From the IMG/VR virus record IMGVR_UViG_3300043395_002359, positions 1-64,000 of that record: a DNA stretch of 64,000 nt; one strand, written 5' to 3'. The notes beneath the pieces are model-generated. The model saw only the letters and a program-made list of their open reading frames with translations, was not told the DNA's origin and did not search any database. Of this stretch, positions 1 through 6,342 are shown piece after piece. How positions within the stretch are numbered: position 1 is the first letter of the stretch; each line of letters begins with the position of its first letter. The DNA comes from a virus. Both the position numbers and the translations under genes were made by a program.

Positions 1-49
1 GCGGGCCGTTCACGATCTCGCGGCCCGCACCACGCATAGGAGCCCTCCA

Positions 50-283
50 ATGTCCATCACCGCCAAGTCCACCAAGTCCGAAATCTGGGACGCCTACCAG
101 GCCCTGCTCAAGCAGTCCCAGGCCGAAGTCGTCACCCCGGTGGCGATCCGCAACACCGCTCAAGCTGTCGCGCATGAGACTCTTGAGCTGGCAAGGGATC
201 TCCAGCGCCTGGGCGCCTGGGGCCGCTACCAGATCACCGAGTTGATCAAGATTTACAACAGGCCGGTGCTGAAAGCCGACTGA
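50..283 (+). CDS. Cassette gene, hypothetical (77 aa), inverted relative to its neighbours; paralog of 4122-4364
   Basis: AGGAG RBS; TGA stop overlaps the repeat arm (TGATCGTGA); alignable by eye to 4122-4364. Confidence 0.85.
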   Translation: MSITAKSTKSEIWDAYQALLKQSQAEVVTPVAIRNTAQAVAHETLELARDLQRLGAWGRYQITELIKIYNRPVLKAD

Positions 284-315
284 TCGTGATCAACTGACCT
301 GCGGGCCGTTCACGA

Positions 316-591
316 TCATTCGTAATCATGCGGCCGGTTGCGCTCCCATTCCATTGCTTCACACCGGGCCGTGTGCCAGGCATCCCTGAGGTCGCTGGCG
401 AGGCTCACCAGATCAGCCCAGCCCAGCGCTTCAACCGCCTCTTCTACCTCCGGTTCGCCGCAGTCGTCCAGCATGTAGTAAACCCAGGTGGCGTCGATCT
501 CTGACAGATCCTCGGGGATGCTGAACGTCCCCAGGTTGTTCAGGTAATCCCAGGCGAGGTCGTTTTCAGTGATGATTGGCGTGGTGGTCAT
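316..591 (-). CDS. Cassette gene, acidic hypothetical protein (MTTTPIITEND...)
   Basis: TAGGAG RBS, sigma70-like promoter upstream, stop overlaps the repeat arm. Confidence 0.85.
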   Translation of the reverse strand: MTTTPIITENDLAWDYLNNLGTFSIPEDLSEIDATWVYYMLDDCGEPEVEEAVEALGWADLVSLASDLRDAWHTARCEAMEWERNRPHDYE

Positions 592-613
592 TGGAAAACT
601 CCTATTCGAATCG

Positions 614-642
614 AGTGTAGCACGAAGCGAGATCGTGATCAA
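614..642 (-). promoter_or_regulatory. Sigma70-like promoter TTGATC-N17-TACACT with extended TG; the -35 lies inside the repeat
   Basis: Minus strand reads TTGATC acgatctcgcttcgtgc TACACT. Confidence 0.6.
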
Positions 643-675
643 CTGACCGGCGGGCCGTTCACGATCTTGCTCTTA

Positions 676-873
676 TCATACAGCGATCGGGGCGTTACTG
701 GCAATAAACCTCTGGGCCTGATTCTGATCGATCCAGTAATGCCGATCAGTCCCGATCCTAAACGCAACCTCCCAGATCAATAGGGTGGCAATGCGGCGAT
801 CGACCTTGAAGTGATCAGCAACCCAGCTAACGGACTCAGTAAAGCTGGAGCAGGGCAGGCGGTGGGTTGACAT
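676..873 (-). CDS. Cassette gene, hypothetical (MSTHRLPC...)
   Basis: TAGGAG RBS; fills the space between two repeats. Confidence 0.8.
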   Translation of the reverse strand: MSTHRLPCSSFTESVSWVADHFKVDRRIATLLIWEVAFRIGTDRHYWIDQNQAQRFIASNAPIAV

Positions 874-930
874 TGGAATTCTCCTAGTGGGTGACTTGAT
901 CGTGAGCAATGACCGGCGGGCCGTTCACGA

Positions 931-1152
931 TCAATTCCAGGTTGAATCAGCGGCTGCCTGGCTTCTGACGTAGGAGGAAATCCCGAAGAATCTGCCGTCA
1001 GCCTTCATTTCCTTGGCTGCCACAATGGCCTGGTCCATCGTGTCAAACCATTCCGTAACGGGTCGCGTGCCGCTGGCGGTGACGAACCGCTCAACGTAGA
1101 TGCTGTAACGCCGGCCGCGAGAAGCGAGATTGCGGAATTTGTAGGTTGTCAT
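931..1152 (-). CDS. Cassette gene, hypothetical (MTTYKFRNL...)
   Basis: ORF between repeats; stop overlaps arm; TTGCTC-N17-TAAGGT upstream. Confidence 0.8.
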   Translation of the reverse strand: MTTYKFRNLASRGRRYSIYVERFVTASGTRPVTEWFDTMDQAIVAAKEMKADGRFFGISSYVRSQAAADSTWN

Positions 1153-1260
1153 GGGAAATGCCCGATTGAGTGAATTTCCGAAATTTCCGGAATTGCCTGG
1201 TGGCCCTCCCACCTTAGCACCGATCCTGATCGTGAGCAATGACCGGCGGGCCGTTCACGC

Positions 1261-1419
1261 TCATGATTCGTAACCTATCACCTCCTCGGCCCGTTCCCGT
1301 TCGTTCAGGGCCTCAATCCAGGCGATGTCTTCCTGCAGGCGCTCGAGCAATTCCTCGAGCAGTTCCAAGCTGGCGGTCTCTCGCTCGAGCCAGCGATCAA
1401 AGGATTCAGCGACAGTCAT
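1261..1419 (-). CDS. Cassette gene, small acidic coiled-coil protein (MTVAESFDRW...)
   Basis: AAAGGGAG RBS; stop overlaps arm; Glu/Leu-rich. Confidence 0.8.
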   Translation of the reverse strand: MTVAESFDRWLERETASLELLEELLERLQEDIAWIEALNERERAEEVIGYES

Positions 1420-1485
1420 TGGGGTCTCCCTTTGGTTCAATGATAGCATGGTGAGCGTGAGCAATGACCGGCGGGCCGTTCGCGA

Positions 1486-1899
1486 TCACGCTGCAATCCT
1501 AGCAGCTTGCTGCAGGATGTAGTTGTCAGCGTCAAGGCGCATGGCCCACTCGTCTGAGCCTTCCCAGGCCCCGTTCGAAGCGTACCACGTAAAATCCTGC
1601 TGGCTGATGCCCTCGCCTGGCACGAAGGCCCGCAGGAGGGCGTTAAGGCGTGATTTCGTGGTGTTGGTGCGGTAGCCGCAATCGCTCAGGCGGATCCGCA
1701 TCATGTCTGGCTCCACCACGCCGATCAGGTTGCCATGCAGGCGGATCTCGATTTCGCGGTAGTAGCCTGGCGTATGGGCGATGCCGTGGTGGACCTGGGT
1801 GACCTCAGTGTTGCCGCACAGCAGCAGCCGGCCGTCCCTGGCAGCGGCGCCCAGGCCGTCGCGGATGGCTTGAATCATGCGGGCTTCGACGACTCTCAT
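1486..1899 (-). CDS. Cassette gene, cyanophage-type conserved hypothetical protein
   Basis: AAAGGGG RBS; motif LHGNLIG...GYRTNTTKSRLNALL resembles a family I recall from cyanophages; stop overlaps arm. Confidence 0.85.
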   Translation of the reverse strand: MRVVEARMIQAIRDGLGAAARDGRLLLCGNTEVTQVHHGIAHTPGYYREIEIRLHGNLIGVVEPDMMRIRLSDCGYRTNTTKSRLNALLRAFVPGEGISQQDFTWYASNGAWEGSDEWAMRLDADNYILQQAARIAA

Positions 1900-1954
1900 G
1901 GGATTTCCCCTTTGGTGGTTTGATCGTGATCAATGACCGGCGGGCCGTTCGCGA

Positions 1955-2149
1955 TCACGCGCAGTATCCCATTGGCTGGCCAGCTAGCGTGTGGCTCTGA
2001 ACCACGGAATGGCGCATCCACATCCTGACAGTGTTGTATTCGCCAGTGAAACGATCGCCGTCCCAGCGGTTGGCTACGGCGCGAGCCTGGGCACACTTGG
2101 CCAGGTTCAGCTTGGCAAACATGGTCAGTTCCGGGAAGTCGTAGTTCAT
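1955..2149 (-). CDS. Cassette gene, hypothetical (64 aa)
   Basis: AGGGA RBS; stop overlaps arm. Confidence 0.75.
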   Translation of the reverse strand: MNYDFPELTMFAKLNLAKCAQARAVANRWDGDRFTGEYNTVRMWMRHSVVQSHTLAGQPMGYCA

Positions 2150-2312
2150 GGGGGGTCCCTGTAGCGGATTCAGTCTAGGGCTTGGAATTGGTGGATGGGC
2201 GTGGATCGTAGCAATTCTTGATCGTGATCAATGACCGGCGGGCCGTTCGCGATCACGTTCTGGGCTTCCTGCATTGCACCAGGAATACTAGGGAACACGC
2301 ACTCCTGGGTCA

Positions 2313-2582
2313 ATGGCTGAAAAGAAACGCAACACGATGGACTATTACAAGTCTCATCCTGAGGCGTACAAGAAGAAGATGGAGTACGAGGCGCAGAGAA
2401 GAAAGACTGACAGGGAGCGCGAGAGGTATAACCAGCGCCGCCGGTTCAAGCGGGCGCATGGGCTTGAAGGCAAGATGGGCAACCGTGATGTCAGCCACAC
2501 GAAGGACGGGAAACTCGTCCTGGAGAACCGTTCGACCAACAGGGCTCGAAACGGAGAGGGCGGTCGTCGCACACTGAAGTGA
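2313..2582 (+). CDS. Small basic HNH-like protein; paralog of 52140-52439
   Basis: SHPEAYKKK...DVSHT...EN.S.NRARNG shared with 52140-52439. Confidence 0.85.
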   Translation: MAEKKRNTMDYYKSHPEAYKKKMEYEAQRRKTDRERERYNQRRRFKRAHGLEGKMGNRDVSHTKDGKLVLENRSTNRARNGEGGRRTLK

Positions 2583-2667
2583 CCGGTGCCTGCGATTGCC
2601 GCCTCAGTGCCGTTCGCACCTGCCACATTGCATTGTGACCGGATGTAAATTGCAGTAAGTGGGCAAT

Positions 2668-2691
2668 AAAAAAGGCCCCCATGTGGGGGCC
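2668..2691 (-). terminator. Intrinsic terminator for 2713-3060
   Basis: GGCCCCC-ACAT-GGGGGCC stem followed by a T run on the minus strand. Confidence 0.8.
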
Positions 2692-2712
2692 GTTCTCAAC
2701 AGTCTCAGACTC

Positions 2713-3060
2713 TCAATCCTCCCAGTCAATCAGCGTCACCAGGGCAACTTTGATCCTGACGGGATACTTGTCATTGAGCAAGGTGGTATCCCTCATCTTC
2801 AGCCACACGTCATTCATCTCATCCCAGATCATCACGTCGCCCCGGCTGTAGCGCCGCTGGGCGTCGTCCTGTACGGCAAGCGGGCAGGCGCCACCGATCT
2901 CGAGGTCTACAGTGGCGTCTGGGCGGATCACCAGCTCCCAGCCGGCATCGGCGGGGGTCAGGCCGAACCGGCCGAGCGTGTAGGCCAAGTCGCACCACTC
3001 GAGTGTGCAGGCGTTGTACCGAGCCTCGGCAGGGGCGGGGCGGGACTGCAGGTAGGTCAT
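2713..3060 (-). CDS. Hypothetical protein in module A (MTYLQSRPAP...)
   Basis: ORF between a TTGACG/TAGAAT promoter-like pair and a terminator. Confidence 0.8.
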   Translation of the reverse strand: MTYLQSRPAPAEARYNACTLEWCDLAYTLGRFGLTPADAGWELVIRPDATVDLEIGGACPLAVQDDAQRRYSRGDVMIWDEMNDVWLKMRDTTLLNDKYPVRIKVALVTLIDWED

Positions 3061-3330
3061 GGGAATGATCCCGTTGGACTCCCCGATTCTAACCACGGAT
3101 CCCGGCGGATCGTCAACCCTCTGGCACTAATTATAAAACAAGGTCTGGCTAAATATAGCTAACTAGGCCGAGAAAGCACCTGCGATCCGACCGAAGGGCC
3201 GTTCGCAAGTTCCGAACGGCTTGATTGATTGCCAGCGGCGGGCGCCCGGTGCCTGCGATAGTCGCCTCAGTGCCGTTCGCAGTTGCCAGATTGCACTGTG
3301 ACTGAGTGTAAAGTTGTGGCAGGTAAGCAT

Positions 3331-3354
3331 AAAAAAAAGGCCCCTTTCGGGGCC
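3331..3354 (-). terminator. Intrinsic terminator for 3382-3624
   Basis: GGCCCC-GAAA-GGGGCC followed by T8 on the minus strand. Confidence 0.85.
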
Positions 3355-3381
3355 CCGGTGTAAGCAGTCTCACCAGTCTCG

Positions 3382-3624
3382 TCACTCCTCCTGTGCGTGG
3401 GCGTTGGTCATTAGGTAGTCGTGCAGGCTGAACAGCCAGCGCGTCGCGTCGCTGTAGAACTCGAACGCCTCGTCTGTCATGCCGTCGTCGCTGCTGATCT
3501 GGCTGCGGGCCAGGTCTGTGAGCTGAGAGACGGCGTACAGCATGCCGAGCCGGAAGGCGGTGCCGTCGCCGGCACACTCCTGCTGGCGCTCTGCCTCGAT
3601 GGCGATGGACTTCATTGCGGCCAT
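3382..3624 (-). CDS. Hypothetical protein in module B (MAAMKSIAIE...)
   Basis: Same flanking frame as module A; TTGACG-N18-CATACT upstream. Confidence 0.8.
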   Translation of the reverse strand: MAAMKSIAIEAERQQECAGDGTAFRLGMLYAVSQLTDLARSQISSDDGMTDEAFEFYSDATRWLFSLHDYLMTNAHAQEE

Positions 3625-3779
3625 GGGATTAACCCGATTGGACTCCCACAGTATGGGCACGGCCGTGCCTGCCCGTCAACCCTCAGACGCTAATTGATAA
3701 TTAGCATCCGGCTAAATATACCTAACAACCCCGAGATGGCACTTGCGATTCGACCGAAGGGCCGTTCGCAAGTTCCGCT

Positions 3780-4091
3780 TCATTCGCGCTGGTAGCCCAG
3801 TTGGTCAAGCCGGCGCTCAAGGCGCTGGCAGTCCTCTTCGCTGCTGCACTGGGCCTCGAGCTGGTACCACTCCATTCCAGGGAAGGGGACGAGGTTCGCG
3901 GATACAACGGCCACCGGCCCGGATGCCCCAGGATGGTGGATCAGGACTGACTGGGCCTTGCCTTGCAGGCCGTAGAAGATGCAGGCCAAGCCGATGCCGA
4001 GGCCGATGGTGCCGCCGAGGAGGTTGTCTTGCACTGGAAGGGTCCTTTGGTGGTGGTGGTGCGGCTGTACCGCATGGAATGATCTTAGCAT
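3780..4091 (-). CDS. Cassette gene, putative membrane protein (true start may be an internal GTG)
   Basis: Hydrophobic LLGGTIGLGIGLACIFYGL; fills the inter-repeat interval. Confidence 0.7.
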   Translation of the reverse strand: MLRSFHAVQPHHHHQRTLPVQDNLLGGTIGLGIGLACIFYGLQGKAQSVLIHHPGASGPVAVVSANLVPFPGMEWYQLEAQCSSEEDCQRLERRLDQLGYQRE

Positions 4092-4121
4092 GGAACCTGC
4101 GATTCGACCGACGGGCCGTTC

Positions 4122-4364
4122 TCAGGTGCCTTGGCTTTTGAAGATTGGCCTCCTGTATGTATCAATCACCAGTGTACAGCATGACCGCAGCCAGCGGCCA
4201 GCCTGCTGACAATCCTTCACAAAGAGCGGCAGTTCGCGTGAGACGGTCGAGACTGTACGCTGCATCAGGGTCGGTACGTCGCTCCAGGTGACAGGGGGCC
4301 GAGCCTCGGCGGCCTCCAGGCGGGCGATCAGTTCGGCCTTGGTCAAGCGGGAGTGTGCAGTCAT
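4122..4364 (-). CDS. Cassette gene, paralog of 50-283
   Basis: TKAEL...RTV..V.RE...DCQQAGRW.R...IDTYRRPIFK matches 50-283; C-terminal GT-stop is encoded by the repeat arm. Confidence 0.85.
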   Translation of the reverse strand: MTAHSRLTKAELIARLEAAEARPPVTWSDVPTLMQRTVSTVSRELPLFVKDCQQAGRWLRSCCTLVIDTYRRPIFKSQGT

Positions 4365-4437
4365 GGAAGTGTCCGATGGTGGTTTGTGTAACGAACTTGG
4401 CTGAGAAGGGTACCTGCGACTGACCGACGGGCCGTTC

Positions 4438-4611
4438 TCAGGTGCCAGGCTGCACGGCCCTGGCGACCCGGCACCCCATGACATCGCAGTACACGGTGGC
4501 GGTACCGGGCTTGGCCGCCTTCCGCGGCCCGCCGAACGGAACGAGGATCACGGCCGTTGCCATCGCGCCGAGCAGCAGGCCGGCAGCAACAGAGGAGAGA
4601 GGAGCCTTCAT
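4438..4611 (-). CDS. Cassette gene, small membrane or secreted protein (MKAPLSSVAAGLLLG...)
   Basis: N-terminal hydrophobic stretch; C-terminal GT-stop is encoded by the repeat arm. Confidence 0.75.
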   Translation of the reverse strand: MKAPLSSVAAGLLLGAMATAVILVPFGGPRKAAKPGTATVYCDVMGCRVARAVQPGT

Positions 4612-4650
4612 GGTTGGATGGATGAGAATGGGATTGTCCCTTTCGGTGTC

Positions 4651-4679
4651 AGTGTAGGGCCGATGGTCATGCATGTCAA
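4651..4679 (-). promoter_or_regulatory. Near-consensus sigma70 promoter TTGACA-N17-TACACT pointing into the array
   Basis: Minus strand reads TTGACA tgcatgaccatcggccc TACACT. Confidence 0.8.
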
Positions 4680-4713
4680 GGTACGTGCGACTGACCGACG
4701 GGCCGTTCTCAGG

Positions 4714-4854
4714 TGCCTGCTGCCTGCCTGCCCTGCCTGCCTGCCCTGCCTGCTGCCTGCCCTGCCTCGATGCATCACGCACAAGCAGCGAGGCGATGGC
4801 ATTGCGTTGGCTCTGCCCCTGCCTGCTGCCTTGCCTGCTGCCTGCTGCCTGCTG
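4714..4854. repeat. Low-complexity TGCC/TGC tandem repeats, two tracts
   Basis: tgcctgctgcctgcctgccctgcc... at 4714-4768 and about 4814-4854. Confidence 0.9.
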
Positions 4855-5008
4855 TCATGTGGTGCCTCTCTTGATGCCGGTGCTCGCCGGGGGGTTTGCC
4901 GCCTGGGCGCCAGGAGGCCTGGGTACCCCCACCCCCGATTCCTGGAAAGCCAATCCGAGACAACCCCCTCAGGAAATTTTTCAAAAAAACTGGTACCCTA
5001 GAACAAAA

Positions 5009-5206
5009 ATGGATTTACCGAACATCGAGGACAGCAAGGTTATTAGTGCATATTGTTTAGGGTGTAACAATTACCGTGATGTAAACGAGATGTATATTGG
5101 ATATTTACCGATTATGACCTCAGAGCAAGCGCAACTTTTAGGTGTGCGTGGCAGTTTACCGAGGATGATATCAAGTTGTAAGGAATGTCGAAATGGATGC
5201 CAATAG
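5009..5206 (+). CDS. Small zinc-ribbon-like protein
   Basis: CLGC...CKEC; GGTACCCTA motif upstream. Confidence 0.65.
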   Translation: MDLPNIEDSKVISAYCLGCNNYRDVNEMYIGYLPIMTSEQAQLLGVRGSLPRMISSCKECRNGCQ

Positions 5207-5211
5207 AGGGG

Positions 5212-5262
5212 GTATATTAATGGATGTCTACAGAATGGAAGTATATTAATGGATGTCTACAG
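5212..5262. repeat. 22-bp direct repeat x2, 29-bp period
   Basis: GTATATTAATGGATGTCTACAG at 5212 and 5241. Confidence 0.9.
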
Positions 5263-5277
5263 TAGATTTGGGGACAG

Positions 5278-5796
5278 ATGGCAAAGCGCAGCCCATTAGA
5301 CATTTTAGTAAATTCCAGTATATTAATACAGGAACCGAATGCAACGGCGCTATTAAATGGCAGGTATATTGAGGATGGCGAGGGTCCAAGATATTTAGTA
5401 AAGGCATATTTACAAAGAAGTGAAGGGGATGGAACGGATGACGGGGAGCTTCCTAGTTTTGGCAATAGGGCATCAAGTGGTGGCGGATCTACCAGTACAT
5501 GGTTATTCAGGGGATATGGGATAGAATATACGGAAGTACCGAGTACATTCAACCATGGAGATAACGAGGATGGGTATACGTATCAATCAATATTGACTTC
5601 CAGTGATGCGCCAGCGATTAAGATACCGATATATCCAAATTTAAAAGTCAGTCTTAGGCATGGCACATTACCGATTATACATAAATCGGAGGTAGTAATG
5701 ATTGGCGGTAAATATCAAGGTCTAGGACCTGACAAGACGATATATGTAGAACTGAGGGGGATACCAATTGTCCTCAGGGGATCAATGGTACGTTAA
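5278..5796 (+). CDS. Hypothetical virion protein (possibly head-tail joining)
   Basis: 172-aa ORF at the head of the tail module; position only. Confidence 0.6.
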   Translation: MAKRSPLDILVNSSILIQEPNATALLNGRYIEDGEGPRYLVKAYLQRSEGDGTDDGELPSFGNRASSGGGSTSTWLFRGYGIEYTEVPSTFNHGDNEDGYTYQSILTSSDAPAIKIPIYPNLKVSLRHGTLPIIHKSEVVMIGGKYQGLGPDKTIYVELRGIPIVLRGSMVR

Positions 5797-5825
5797 TCAC
5801 CCTCAGGGGATCAATGGTACGTTAA
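5772..5825. repeat. 25-bp direct repeat x2, 29-bp period
   Basis: CCTCAGGGGATCAATGGTACGTTAA at 5772 and 5801. Confidence 0.9.
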
Positions 5826-6311
5826 ATGGCTGATGAATTTGACCTAGACATACCGGATGAAATCACGCTTAATTTAAGCGGTGATATTGGATTCAAGGGT
5901 AATATACGAGTCACAGACAGTCCTAGGCTTTCAAATATTATAAGTAAATTACGAAGCAACAAGGCTTCTAGTGAATTTGCTGTAATTTTAGATAGTGTAT
6001 TACGAGAAGCGATCAATGCTAGTATATGGACCACCAGAAACGGTACGGATGATATTATTGACAGCGGGGATTTACTAAGATCAGGTGAGGTACGGGTTAC
6101 AAATAATGGTGTATCAATTAATTATGATGTACCGTATGCATCATTAATTCATTATGGTGGATATATTGTACCATATGGCAATACAAATGCGCAACGTGTA
6201 TTCATACCACCCAGGCCATGGGTAAGCACGGTATTAAATTCAGGGTTTGGTGGATTCAACCCGGCTTTAGCATACCGTGAGATCATTGTACGAATATTGT
6301 CAAGCATATAA
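5826..6311 (+). CDS. Tail completion/neck protein (HK97 gp10-like or virion morphogenesis family)
   Basis: DIIDSGDLLRS...VPYASLIHYGG...PPRPW motifs. Confidence 0.7.
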   Translation: MADEFDLDIPDEITLNLSGDIGFKGNIRVTDSPRLSNIISKLRSNKASSEFAVILDSVLREAINASIWTTRNGTDDIIDSGDLLRSGEVRVTNNGVSINYDVPYASLIHYGGYIVPYGNTNAQRVFIPPRPWVSTVLNSGFGGFNPALAYREIIVRILSSI

Positions 6312-6342
6312 TTGGCACAATATGCTAGTTTTCTAAATCATC

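Larger units (their letters stand above)
1..4717. repeat. Gene-cassette array: about 15 interspersed 33-39 bp repeats (inverted arms plus asymmetric core), usually one small gene between successive copies
   Basis: Copies at 1-17 (partial), 282-317, 631-666, 898-932, 1228-1262, 1453-1487, 1922-1956, 2220-2254 (GATCGTGA-core-TCRCGATC type); 3176-3213, 3738-3776, 4092-4130, 4409-4446, 4680-4717 (TGCGA-core-TC[G/T]CA type); variant-core copies at about 2585-2620 and 3248-3283. All share GCCGTTC. Confidence 0.95.

Noticed and set aside
316-1464. Track ORF starts at 642, 909, 1239 and 1464 (MITI/MLTI/MLTL)
   Set aside because: These are TTG codons inside the repeat. Downstream ATGs at 591, 873, 1152 and 1419 are more plausible, most with a clear RBS.
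1-2254. CRISPR array (35-36 bp partly palindromic repeats)
   Set aside because: The intervals are about 190-435 bp, variable, and contain whole genes; no cas genes are in the window.
1-4717. Classical integron
   Set aside because: No IntI or attI seen. The repeats are shorter than attC sites and lack RYYYAAC/GTTRRRY (only AAC...GTT in two copies). Cassettes occur in both orientations. Kept only as an analogy.
4608-5008. ORFs crossing the TGCC tract (CLPACP/QAGQAG-rich)
   Set aside because: They are translations of low-complexity, stop-poor repeats with no coding evidence.
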